Shown piece by piece: positions 38,831-52,121 of a stretch of 64,000 bases of DNA (within the stretch, counting starts at the first letter, position 1; each line of letters starts with the position of its first letter). A program made the position numbers and the translations under genes. The notes beneath the pieces are model-generated. The model was not told the origin of the DNA and searched no databases. It saw only the letters and a program-made list of their open reading frames with translations. Location: positions 53,508,001-53,572,000 of the forward strand of contig CM052816.1 of the NCBI GenBank assembly GCA_028534125.1. Reading direction: 5' to 3'. This stretch comes from Lama glama. Lineage: Eukaryota.

Positions 38831-39184
38831 CAACTCAGCCCTAACTCAGCTCAGCCTCTGATGTATACTCTAGTCGACAAGCAAGGCAAAGATGAACTTT
38901 CTCTGAAACAACATCATCAGAAGCCTCCACAGTTCTTTACTTATCTGGATTCATCCAGATTCATTCAAGTCCCATTAAGCATGCCAAGAGATGCATCATA
39001 TGATTAAAAACCAAGAAAAAAATCTGAATACAGAAGAGACTCACAAAGCAATCTAGATACTGAAGTGTGCAAAGATATTAATAAAATTTCAAGAGAGAAT
39101 AAAATGTTTAAAAAATTCAAATACACATAGTAAAACTGAAAGAAACTACTTAAATTAAGAATTTAATACGTGAGTTTATACTCA

Positions 39185-41200
39185 GATAAACTAGAAACAT
39201 ACAACCTGCCAAGTCTGAATCATGAGAAAACAGAAAATCTGAACAGACTCATTACTAGGAGATTGCACCAGTAATAAAAACCTCCCAACAAACAGAAGTC
39301 CAGGACCACATGGCTTCATTGGTAAATTCTACGAAACATTTAAAGCAGAATTAGTAAGAGTCTTGCTCAAACTATTTCAAAACACAGAAGAGGATGGAAG
39401 ACATAAACTCATCCTATGAGGCCAGCATTACCCTGATACCAAAACCAGACAAGTACACTACAAAAAAAGAAAACTACAGGCCATTATTCATGAAAGAGGG
39501 AAAAATTTCTTAATAAAATAATAGCAAACTTAATTTAACAACACAAGAAAAGGATTGTAAACCACAATTAAGTGAGATTTGTTCCAGGGATGCAAGGATA
39601 GTTCCACAGTCACAAATCAATGTGATATACTACATTAACATAATGAAGGATTAGTATCACATGATCATCTCAATAGATGCAGAAAAACCATTTGCAAAAA
39701 TTCAACATCCACTTATGATAAAAACTCTCAACAAAGTGGGTATACAGAGAACATATCTCAACATAATAAAGGTCATATATAACAAGCCCACAGCTAACAT
39801 CATACTCAGTGGTGAGAAGCTAAAAGCTTTTCCTCTAAGATCATGAGTAAGACAAGGAAGCCCATTCTCACCACTCTTATTCAACATGCTATTGGAAGTC
39901 CTACCCAGAACAATTAAGCAAGGGAGAAAAAATAAAAGCATCCAAATCAGAAAGGAAAGGAAAAATAGCTACTATTTGCAGATGACATGATATATATAGA
40001 AAACCCTAAATACCCCACCAAAAAGCTGTTAGAATCAATAAGCAAATTTAGTAAAGTTAGAGGACATAAAATCAATGTACAAATATCTGTTTGTTTCTTT
40101 ATACAAAAGATGAACATAAAGAAAAAGTTAAGAAAAAAATCCCATTTACAATTACATCAAAAAAATTAAATGCCTAGGAATAAATTTAACCAAGGAGGTA
40201 AAAGGCCTATACACTGAAAACTGTAAGACACTGATGAAAAAATGAAAACAACACAAACAAATAGAAAGATACTCCATACTCCTGGATTGTAAGACTTAGT
40301 ATTGTAAAATGACCATACTACCCAAGGCAGTCTACAGATTCAATGCAATCCCTAACAAAATATCAATAGCATTTTTCAGATTCACAGAAATGGAACAAAC
40401 AATTATAAAATTTGTATGAAACTGCAAAATATCCTGAATAGCCAAAGCAATCCTGAGAAAGAACAACAAAGCTGGAGGCTTTGCTCCCTGACTTCAAGCT
40501 GTATCACAAAGCTATAATAATCAAAACAGTATGGTACTGGCACATAGACACATAGTTCAATGGAACAGAATAGAGAGTCTAGAAATAAACCCACACACAT
40601 GGTCAATTAGCATTCTACAAAGGCACCAAGAATACATAATGGGGGAAAGGACAGTCTCTTCAATAAACAGTATTGGGAAAACTTGACAGCCACATACCAA
40701 GGAATGAAACTGGACAACTGTTTTAAACCATACACAAAAATTAAATCAAACTGGGAAATCATAAAACTTCCTAGAAGAAAACATAGGTGGTAAATTCCTT
40801 GATATTAGACTTGGCAATGATTCTTTGGATTTGACACCAAAAGCAAAAATCAACAAGTAGAACTACAGGAAAGAAAAAAAGTTCTGTGTAGCAAAAAGAA
40901 ATCATCAACAAAATGAAAAGGAAATCTGCCAAACAGGTGAAAATATTTGCAAATCATACATATAAAGGGTTAATACCCAAAATATATAAAGAACTCATAT
41001 AACTCAATACAAAAAAAAAAAAAACCTAACAATGTGATCCAAAAATGGACAGAAAATCTGAATAGGTAGTTCCCAAAAGAAGACATACAGATGGCCAAAA
41101 GATACATGAAAAGGTGCTTAACATTGCTAAACATCAGATAAATGCAAACCAAAACCACAATGAAATATGCCTGTTAGAAAAGCTATTATCAAAAAAGACA
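39185..41200 (+). mobile_element. L1 ORF2 fragment (about 2 kb), degenerate
   Basis: [28 protein letters not shown]...[19 protein letters not shown]; ctatttgcagatgacatgat (LFADDM); many frameshifts. Confidence 0.93.
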
Positions 41201-41319
41201 CCAAATGGGACACCAAAGGGCAATGAACTAGAATAAATAACTGATAACAAATACTAGTTTTATGGATCATCAAAAGTAAATGATAAAACCTAACAAAAAC
41301 AAAAAAGTAAAACATTCCA

Positions 41320-41550
41320 GCTATCATATGTAGGCCACCTTTAAAGTCAAATATTTTGCATGCATTACCCTTAATCTTCTTATCAACTCTGCAAATATTA
41401 TGCCCAAATTACACTCAACCAACTGAGGCACTGAAAAGTTTTACTGCATTTTCATAAGAGCACAGAACTTTTAAGTGGGGAAGCCAGGATTCTAACCCTT
41501 CATTGGTCTGTTTCCAATAGTTAGAGTTTTTCAACAAAACACTGCCTCAT
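41320..41550 (-). mobile_element. MIR remnant
   Basis: ttgcatgcattacccttaatcttc...aactgaggcactgaaaagtt...taagtggggaagccaggattctaacc. Confidence 0.6.
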
Positions 41551-44500
41551 TCATAATTATCTAATATTTTAAAGAATTTACATAACACTTAGTGATTTGT
41601 GGAAGCATAAATTAAGAACAAAGTTAGTCTTTTAAAAACACATCAATGACAAAAGGACAACTCTAAATTTAATTCTGACACCTAATATACCTAACTTTTT
41701 AAAACATACACACTTGAAACGTCTCTATAGAATTCTCCTTCAGATTCAGGCAATGATATTCATTTAGGAGGACAAAGTCCTTTCCATATATCAGTAAAAG
41801 GAGCTTCTTTGATGAAAACTAAGAACTCATATTCATAATGAATAGTACTTTATACAGTTTAAAAGCCATCTTTTTCATGAACATTCTGATATTTCAATGG
41901 GGCCAGTAAAAACCAAGGTTTGTTAATTTTCTGATATCAGAGAAAAATATTTATTGAAAACTTAAATCCTCAAAAAGGTAATTTAAGATGACTAACTGAA
42001 AATAACTAATCTTCTATTTAGAACTATATCACAGGTATGATATCAATATTACTTTGTAATTCAAATTTTTGAGGTGTTTAAGTATCACTATTTTTGTATA
42101 GCCAAAGTTTCAGAAATGCCTACTTTTAAATCATTTATATATTATACATTTCTACAGGGCAAGTACCATGTCTCCTTTGTATCTCCAGCCTAGTATATAC
42201 TGTCTGTGTTCAATGGGTGATTAATTTAACCTTAGGGTACTTCATATTTTCTAACTGCTTTGCAATCATAAGTTATTTATTTTAATATCACCATCTCCCT
42301 AAGAGAATCAAGTAATCTCAATAAAAGAACTTGCAAATAAAGTACTAAAACAGAAACTCAGATGACACTGGAAAACCAACTTCTCATGCGTAATAACTAA
42401 TTTTAAAATGATTATTCCTAAATAAAATCTACCTTTACCACATTTTAATGTCATTATATGTAATCATCAGTATGATTTATTGTATTAGATTATTGACTAT
42501 AATCACTTAAATATATTTAAATTTTTCAATGAGCTTTAAAGTTTTATCAAATACTTCAACTCAATCTAAAGGCATTTTATAATTCAGTTAAAATTACTAT
42601 ATTTTTCAGCTTAAAGTTAATATAAAAAAGGTTTATTCAGCCATCATAGTAACCAAATTTCAACAAATTCTTGATAACAAGGTTAACTGTTAACCTTTAA
42701 AAAGGATTTTCTTGATCAAAATTGAATTTATTTACTTTTAGACTATGAGTCAACAGGAAGGCAAAAGAGGAGACAAACTGCATACGGCAATTAAAAATGC
42801 AACTTCAACTGACTAAGGGACAACAAACAAAAAACAGATCATTCTAGAATAAAGATATACTAATATGTCTTCTAGTTATTTTTTAGCACTCTACCACAAA
42901 GCTAACAGCTACTCTAGAAACTTGGAATTACCACCCATCTACAAGAAAAAAAAAAATTTACAGGGCAACTTAAAAAAATCTGATCACATTCTCAAACCTA
43001 AGGTACCCTCAAATCTGTATGTTTGCAATGACTAATTTATTCTAAAATCCCTGCCATGTTTTTCTTACTGCTTACTATTCTTTGCTTCACTTCTAGGGAA
43101 ACCTGAACAAATAAAATTCGCGGTAGATATTCAAATAATTTTATGGCAGTAGAGGCAAATATATCATTAGCCAGAGAAGAAAAAAGTTTGAAAAATTTTT
43201 AAAAAGCACCTTAGCTTCACTCCAAAGTCTGATTAATAAAAACCAAATGCTTTCATTCAATAACAACTTCCTTTAAGAAATACGTGAATCTGGCCAAAAA
43301 GACTTTAGTTACCCATTTCCTACTGACTTACGTAGTATGTTTAGGTGCTTGTGTTTCATTTCTTAATCAATGCTCTTAAAACAGAATATGAAACACTTGC
43401 ATATCCTCTGACTCTGCTCCTTCTCAAAAGGCAGTAATCCCGGTCAAAACTAATCTCAAATAAAGCACTAGTGTGACTATGCAAAGTCTATTTAAAATCC
43501 TGTTTTTCATAAAAATATCATATCCAATGTATCTGGTTTAAGATTTTCATACTTAAGGGAGAAATTTGTCATCAATAAATGTTTAAGAAACTTTACTGAA
43601 TACTTCAGGAGAGACTTAATAGACCCAGAAACCCTTCGCAATCTGGATGAAGGAAACGCCAGAGTTACACATGGAGACGGTATGTTAATGATTTAAAGTA
43701 CTTTAATTTCAACTTTCCACATAAAAAATTATTCCTCTCAGTTCTGCTCTGACAGTGAAACCCAGATAATTAACATACTTGTGATAAACTCTGAGATGCA
43801 GCTAAGAATTCAGCCTAGAAATTAATAATGCCAGAAGTAAAAATGTTCCACAAAGTATTTTTATTTCAATTAGTAAAGCAAGGGAATAAAAGGAACCGAG
43901 TGACTTGAAGTAATAAACAGCAGAAAGCTGGCTTTTAGTAGTTTGTAGTTTGTTTTGGCTACATTTGTCACAGAAGATTTAAAATCCAGGCTCTAGGTTC
44001 AGGTCACTTTTAAAGTCTCAAAGACATCCCCATTCCCAACCACAAACATCATTACAGGTATACTGGTAACATGACAGAAGTAGGCAGATAGAGGCCAGAT
44101 GTTAAAAAATTAAAAGTTAAAAACCTTTGTAAGCCAGACTTAGATAACACAGAAAAGAGCAGCAGTAACTCATGCTCTGTTCATGCAAGGAGCAAACAGG
44201 TCCTTTTCATTCTTCTCCAGACTACATCTACCCGGGTGCCTCTCCCCATTCCCTGACAAACAACCTCTCATATTCCAATAGACCCAAAGGTTCTTTCCTC
44301 CCTTTTCCTCCTCCCACCTATTTGGTTGCCTTCATTCCATTTCTAACCAATTTAGTTTCCTGTTGAATTACACCTTTTTTTAATCCAAATTACCTCATCT
44401 TCTCCCTTTTCCTTTTTTCTTTTTTCAGTCTGTTTGCATATCTGCATTTCTAATTCCATTGGGAGAGGATGGTGATACAACATTTCAGATAATCAAATTT

Positions 44501-44757
44501 TTTGTTGAAATGGAAAAAAAAGTTCAACAGCTGAATGTGCCCTCTAATTTCCCTAAAATATCATCTGCACACACACAAAAAAGCAATTTCCTAGTAATGC
44601 TGCTCCTCATATATGAGAGTTGAAAGAGGTTTGCTCTTCACAAATGAGCTTCCTCAAATAAGTTGATAAATGACTGAATATATATACTCATACATAGCTA
44701 TCATCTAAATCAGCATTTCCCAATGTTTACTTCCTAAAGCAATAGCCCAACAAGGTA

Positions 44758-44758
<1 letters not shown>

Positions 44759-44788
<30 letters not shown>
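44759..44788. repeat. (CA)15 microsatellite within a probable hAT MITE remnant (~44711-44960)
   Basis: Perfect CA run; flanks cagcatttcccaa ... ttaagaaatgtt. Confidence 0.85.
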
Positions 44789-44790
<2 letters not shown>

Positions 44791-45543
44791 GGTTTCATGG
44801 TCATATCACAAAGCACATTAGGCTCTTAGAGTTTAAGAAATTCTGAAATAAAGAAACATTTAATTTTGTTATCCAACTGTTTTCAAACTTAAGCTAATCA
44901 ATCTTTTTCCCCCCTACAACACCTAGTAATATCCCACAGAGCATGCATTTAAGAAATGTTAATCCCTAACCTCTGATTAAAATATACCATGCAAAATAGT
45001 ATACTTAACCTTACAGTCTAAATAGTTTTAAAATGTTGCTGCCTTTTGAAAAACGAAAAATGAATTTACACAGAAAATAAGTACCAAGTTGCTAGGTGAA
45101 AAGTGACTCACTTTAAACATCACACGTATATTTACCTTACCCAGGTTACCTAGGTAATCACCATTTTCGATTTTTCTGAAGGGGGGAATAAAGAGTAAAA
45201 TTTTCTTTTAAGTCAGCTAGATCATATAAAATAGAATCTTTTACAAATATTAAGGCCTAAGATTGTTCTCACTTTCCCCTTATTCATTTTCATGTTTGAG
45301 CTTTTTCTCAAGTGGGAGAAAAGAACGGGATATTATTAGTTACAAAGTCTAATGAATATACAAGCATGTTATACATGGACTTAATACTTAACAGAGATGT
45401 TATCTACAGACTTTCCTGAAGATATGTGGTACAATAATGAAAAAAATGTCAATGAAAATATATCAATTTTCCCTTTAAAGTATACTACAAATTATTTACT
45501 TCACAGGTTTTAAAGAGCATATTTTAAATTGCACACATTTTAC

Positions 45544-45703
45544 CTGAAGGCTCCGTAAAGTGGTCTGTACCAACAGACAAATGAACAAGGAGTGAAAAGC
45601 AAGAACCACAGGATACTCAATCCAAAATCAACCCCTCTTGTAGGATCAACACAAAACCAAGCCAAGCATCCGAAGATATTTAGAAACAGTGTTACAGCAT
45701 GGA
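45544..45703 (-). CDS. SCAMP1: SCAMP1 coding exon 6, 160 nt (TM1-TM2 and start of E-peptide)
   Basis: cacag|TCCATGCT...TTCAG|gtaaaa; encodes (F)[52 protein letters not shown](R); visible inside ORF 45540..45743; phase 1/2. Confidence 0.96.
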
Positions 45704-47924
45704 CTGTGGAATCAAAAAACAAAATAGAAATGTTTACATTCAATTTAAATGTTCATTTAACAAAAATTATAAATGAAAAAATACTTCCTAAGAGCAAATG
45801 TGTTCTACCTCCTGGTTTCCATTTAAGATTTCTCAAAACACTGCTGTTTCTCACACATTTAATTTGAAAACAGAGTATTCACAGGAAAAGGAGTTCTAAT
45901 ACATGCACTGCTTGGTAAAAATTCTTTTGGTCCTCTCCTAACAGGCAATCACACAGCTAAATCAGAGAAGCACATCCCTGGGGGCGGGGGGGGGGGGGGT
46001 TCTTCCCTGAGAAGGAAACATGTGATGTGTCTCTTGATCCAAGGCCCAAGCAGAAAAGCAGTATCTGCCAGTATGTGAGAGGAAAACGATCCTCTACTCA
46101 GAATTATATTTTCACAGAGTGGGGCTGCAGACTCCTTCCAGAGCAAACTACACAAGAGAAGAGAAAACTGGAGAAGTGCCTTGTGCAATCTAATTGTAAC
46201 ATTTTTAAGCAATAAAATTAATTAAAATCATTGGACTAAAAACACTAAAATAGTAGAAATTTCCAGTGACTACATAGCCAATCTGTAAGGATTATTAATT
46301 CATCTTCATAAAGTTGTCCTTTTTTTAAAGTCCTGGGATAAAAAGAGTGTTTTGGTAGAGAACTAAACTTATTTGGGAAAAGAAAGTACACTATGATGCA
46401 CTTCAGCTGCTGTGGCAGAACCTTTCTTTTGTTTCACACAAAGAGATCTTGGCGAACTCTCCTATGTTGTTAATAATCGCTTTCCCTGACAGACCAACAC
46501 TAATAAATCTGATTAACATATAAGTACACTATGATCCTAAAGAACAATATTTATCTGTTCTAATTAATAACTTTTAAAAAGGATTTTTAAAAATTTACTC
46601 ATAAGCTTAATTTATTGCAAGAAATAAATTATTTCAAAAGCTAAAATACTGTTACTTTATCTTTAAATTATTACTCAAATAAAATTAATACTTAATGAAA
46701 CAGGATAAAAACACATTTTAGGATGCCTCTTAATTTGCTCTTCTCTAACAAGTAGATAAATATACACACTGTGGAAGAGAAAGCTCTAGAGGAAGAGTGA
46801 AAGCACCAGGGTTATAGTGATGTAACACTGAGCTAATAAACCTTCATGCATTTCTATTTGTCAAGCAGAGAAATGCAGTTCTTCCAGCTTTAAAATTCCA
46901 TTCCATTCTACTACAGAGGAAAAGACTTTATTTCTATTAAGACATCTAATTCATGAAAGCTAACTTACTGATAAATTTACTCAAAATCCTTTGCCTCAAA
47001 ATAAAAGTAGTTCTGTTAAGGGCTTAAAAACAGAATTCGAGAGGTTGTAAGGTATTATTCTATAATATTAAAGGGCATCCAACTGCCTAAAAAAGTTTTA
47101 AATGTTCACAACATTCTAACACAAATTTCAATCTTCAGAGAAATAACTTTTAAAGGTGTATCTCCTAATCCACCTAAGGAAAAAAAAATATATGAATATG
47201 TGTATTTTTAAATTCTTCCAAGTGTAGATTAATATATCAATTAAATTCTGCATAATCTATTAAAATTTTTTCTACATGTTTTCATAGTAACCAACAATCA
47301 TGATCAGTAAGTCACTTATTTGTACCCCAATGAAAAGTAAAACATCTAGGCTTACTAACTAATCAGTTCACTTATACAAAGATCAAAAAACACTTAGAAA
47401 GACAAGGCAATGTGAAATGCACAATTCTATGTTGCCAATATCAATCCAATCCAACCCGTTTGTGGATTCCAAGCACAGGTAAAACACTAAGAATATTTTA
47501 GGCCCTCTTGTTTACATGATTTCCAAGTTGAATAACCCTCCTTCATATAAAATTTTAATTTGCTTTATTAAACACTCAAATCTGGTATTAGTAGACCTAA
47601 ATTTGCAACTGTCACTACACTACTTTTCTTGCTAAGTTCTGCACTACAAAACAGATACTACAATAAACTGTTTTATAACAGTATATTATTTTCTTCACTA
47701 AATGGTCTTTAATGTAGCTGGCTTATTTTTATTTTTTTCTTTAAATTCAGGAGTATACTCAAAGAGGTTGAGATTCACTTCAAAGTGATAGTTCTAAGTT
47801 CTTCAGTCCTTTTGTAGAGTAAATTATTTGCTTCGCTTCGAGTAAGGCGCATTTGAAAGCATATCTTTACCCCATTTGGGTTTAAAATGTAAATTACTTC
47901 TTTCCTTTGGTACTTTGTAGGTGG

Positions 47925-48165
47925 AATAATGTGGAAATCTGGACTCTGGGGTCTAGAGTCAAGGCATCCAACTTCAGCCTTATTTACTGTGTAATCTTGG
48001 ACAAGTTACCTCAAACTCTCTTAAGCTTTAGTTTCCCAATCTACAAAACTAGATAACAGAGTACCTGCTTCACAGTGTGGTTAAGATTTAATACCATAAT
48101 GTTTATAAAGTGACTAGCACTGTGCCTGGCATAAGTAAGTCCTTAATAAATGTTCTCTTGTTACA
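47925..48165 (+). mobile_element. MIR remnant
   Basis: ggactctggggtctagagtc...tgtgtaatcttggacaagttacc...agtttcccaatctacaaaa...gcactgtgcctggcataagtaagt. Confidence 0.8.
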
Positions 48166-48849
48166 TTATTACAGTGTGAAGCATTAGTCAACTCCAAAAT
48201 CAACAACAAGCTGACGCTTCTTGAAAATAATTTATTAAAGCAGGTTACATTCTATGAAATTTAGAGACATTACTGAGTTAGCACTAGATCTTACTTTATT
48301 TCAGATAATGCTTCAAATCAGAGCCTTACCTGGATGGAATCTTGAGCCCTCTTTGAATAGAGTTAACAGATCTGGCAACTGAACAGGGTTAGGAAAAACT
48401 ATAGCCAACCAAATTATTTCTATGAACCTCTAACTTATGTATTTTCAAAATAAAACAGGCCTACTTTGAAACAATCAGCATTGTAAAGCAGTTAACCATT
48501 CAGTTAAAATTAATCATCTTCCCCATTCAATTTCTGTTTACTAAATTCCTTACAGAATTTTCTTCCAACACCCATCTCCCCCATCAAAAACATGTTTTTT
48601 CACTAAAGTCAAAGAACTTATACTTAAAATTCTAGGCCAATTTCTGCTTATTAAAAAATAATTATTTGACAAATGCATATACTTTATATCAATTAAATAA
48701 AATGAGTTGTTTAGTATGCACATATATGGAATCAAAACCTTTAATAATAAAATTATGTAATACTACTGACACTCAGGATTAACCAAAGAAATCAGATCAA
48801 CATTGTTTCAAAAGAAACTAAAAATATGAGTTAAAAACGTACTATCCAT

Positions 48850-48985
48850 GGGAAAGGACAATATAGTTCAAGAGGTAGAGCGCATGCTTAGCATCCGTAA
48901 GGCCCTGAGCTCAAACCCCAGTACCTCCTCTAAAAATAAATAAGTAAACCTGGTTACCCCTCAAATAAATGAATAAATTTTTTTA
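48850..48985 (+). mobile_element. tRNA-derived SINE (vic-1-like) with 17-bp TSD
   Basis: ggtagagcgcatgcttagcat...cccagtacctcc; TSD aaaaacgtactatccat (48833-48849) / aaaaaagtactatccat (48986-49002). Confidence 0.88.
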
Positions 48986-49899
48986 AAAAAAGTACTATCC
49001 ATTAGGAATCACTTCTCACATTCACGTATGTGAAAAATGCTCTTAAAAGATTTTGAGGAAAATTCTCTCATGTATTTGGTGGAGGGAGGCTCCCTAGTCA
49101 TATGGTAAGAACACACAAATTTCTTCCAACAAGAATGTACCCTAAAAGTATTCATTAACCCAGCAGTTGTGTAGATAAGTCATGACAGCTACCTCTCCTA
49201 CTGACACAATGAAGTTAAATGGGGCTGAGACTGCTGTTTGGAATAAAAACGAAACAGAGTAAGTGGGAATTCTGTGTATATACAAAAAACTGGTAACAGC
49301 TTGACATTTAGTTTTAGTATTCCATGTGTTGCAATTATATTCAAAGCAATTGAGCATCACAGCCTAAAATGTATGTCTTAATTTTCTATTCAGTGAAACA
49401 TCCTATATTAATTAGGTACTTTCAATAATAAAAGGATTCATCACCACTTGAAAATGAAAAATAAATTGTGCTCAAAGCTATAAGAAAAATTAGTTTATAA
49501 TACTTCAATACTTTATGTCCCTTTTAAAAAATAGTCATAATGCTTTAATCACCTTCATTTGCATAAAAATAGTATAAATCATTTTTTTAAAGCAAATATT
49601 GCCTAGGTAACATTTTTCAGGGAAAAAGGATCATTGTAAAATTCTACTATATGGGAAATCCTATCCTCAAAAGAATGCCTGTTCTCAATATGTAGGTCTC
49701 CCTCAGCTAAGAATTCAGACTGTCACATCAGTGTAAAATTCTGAAGTTACCTAAATATGATACATTGCACTTCAAATTAAAAGAGCTATGGGAAAAGACC
49801 AATTTATGATACTATCCTTAATATAGGACTTTTTAAAAAGTGGATTCTGACAATAAAATATAAACTGTCAAACAAATATATAATTTATTCCATACTCAC

Positions 49900-50028
49900 A
49901 CATCCATAAGTAGTACATAATCTTTACTGTCTTTTGGAATTCTACAGGAATGTCTACAGAAAAATCCTGATAGAAACAAGGTCCCACAGGAAAATTGCCA
50001 GGAAGAGGTGGCCAATTATTTTTTCTAC
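49900..50028 (-). CDS. SCAMP1: SCAMP1 coding exon 5, 129 nt
   Basis: ttcag|GTAGAAAA...TGGATGT|gtgagt; encodes (G)[42 protein letters not shown](F), including the SCAMP NWPP motif; phase 1/1. Confidence 0.96.
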
Positions 50029-51019
50029 CTGAAAGTAAAAAAAGAAGTTATTTATATTAGGACAAGTATGTGCTATTCTTTTTGCACATAATTATTTGTT
50101 TCATAACAAAGAACATTATTCTTTTAACATGTGTTTTGAAAATATAACACTGTATCTCTACATTCCCATAACTTTGAAAATCAAATTTCTTATTTTTAAA
50201 AATCTTCCCAAAAAAACCCAATTTAGAACTCATTAGATACTAAAATAATTTTCTAGTGTCTTATCACTTATGTAAGTTGAAACAAGAAAAGAAAAGAGCA
50301 TAGGGACATACCCTGTGATTCGGCCCTAAAGATAGATTTATTTTCAAGTCCCAAGAATTTGACTCTCACATGAAGGCCAACTCTACAATTTTCTCCTCAG
50401 CATCTTAACTCTTTAAATATAATTCCTAGCCCACATGGAGAAGGAAGACCAGCTTCTGAATCTTTTAAGTTTTCTATTGTTTACACAAGTGAAGAAACAA
50501 AAGATAACCAATACCAAAGAATCAAATTTTAAAATCTCTAAGTCTGGAAAAAATAATATTCAAAGACACATAAGAAAAGCATAAAACTATGCAAAAACAT
50601 GAAACAGTCATGAGAAACAAGCTAAGGAATTATAGCACCTTCAAAAACCTAGAGAAAAAACATATTGAAACTGTAAGGGGAGAAAATATGTCTATATAAA
50701 GAAACGAGACTGTAAAAAGGCTTGGGAAGTGGTGGGAGAAATAAAAAACTGAAGTTAAAGTAAGAAGTCAAACATTAAAAATAGAGGGTTAAAAATAGCA
50801 CCTAAAGGCCATTTTCTTGTTTTAGATATTATATCCCACAATTTTTAAAATTAGATTTTATGTACTTTTTCATAGACCAGGAACATTTTCATAGTAGGGG
50901 AAAAAGCATCATCTATTTCTGATTCTTCCCAACATGTCTCCACTGTTTTATCATTCTTTTCAAACTTCATATAATCTATACATTTCTCATACGAGTCTCA
51001 TAATTACTTGAGAAGCAGA

Positions 51020-51205
51020 AAATAATAGTGAAGAACCAAGGCTCTGAAACTATACGCACCTAGACACTTACTGGCTGGGGGGCCTCGGGCAACCTAACCT
51101 CCTGAAGACTTTGTTTCTACATCTGTAAAGTGAGAACAACTTACCACCCTTCACAGAATTGTACCGATGATGAAATGGGTTAACAGATGAAAAGTACTTA
51201 AATGT
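51020..51205 (+). mobile_element. MIR remnant
   Basis: cacttactggctggggggcctcgggcaa...tttctacatctgtaaagtgag. Confidence 0.65.
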
Positions 51206-52121
51206 CTCTTAATTTCCCACACTTCATTACTACTTCATTTACTAAAACATCGCTCATAGAAATAATTTGTATTAGACAAAGCTAAGGGAACAAGACAGAT
51301 TTTTGTTAGTATTTCAGAAATGTTTATTTCAATTAAACCTTTAGTTTCTCCTTTCACAGATGCTGCTGCAAGCAAGAAAACAGCCCAGAATAGATGTGTC
51401 CTCAAGAGGCCCTATACTTACACATTCTAAGATAAGGACGAAACCGTTTCAGTACATTATCATCATCCTAACACTGTCACTCCATCACTATCCAGACATA
51501 CTAACAATGACTTGTCTAGCTCTCTCATCCGTTTTTACCCAGAGACTTGCTAGCTTCCCCTAAGAATCTCCCTTGAAATAAGCTCTGGTAGTGACAACCT
51601 GAATAGATTTCATAGCAAATAATTAATTTACCACTTACTTATTCCTTTGACATTCTCAAAATATCTAGGCTTCCTTAGAGACACCACAAACACTTTTTTA
51701 GCATGGTATGACATACATGGATATACTTGTAAGGACAGGGGCAGATTAATTTGAAACTGATATGAATAAACTAGAAGAGTCAAATGCTGTCAAATGTCAG
51801 GCACATTCCCATGTACTCATAAAGCTCCAATGACCCAAAGAGGGCCCAAGTGCAGAATCAAAGGCTCCTGACCTTACAGTAAACCAAAATTACCACATTT
51901 GCATTCACTTGTAAAGAGGCTGTTCTAATCTATCAAAATACTATGCAAATCAGCCAAGATCAGAGAGTTACAGAGTATCAAAGAGGAAATCTGCCATGTA
52001 TGATCTACTTGCTAAAATAACAGGGCAGATTTTAACCACAAAACAAATGACCTAGAGTTAGTTCAGGCCTACTTTAAAGTGTTTGAAATAAAAATAACTT
52101 CTAAACTTCTTTGGATACTAC

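Noticed and set aside
43633..43645. 13-bp match (ccttcgcaatctg) to the end of exon 3 at 53166-53178
   Set aside because: The match does not extend, and 13-mer matches between distant sites are expected by chance in 64 kb.
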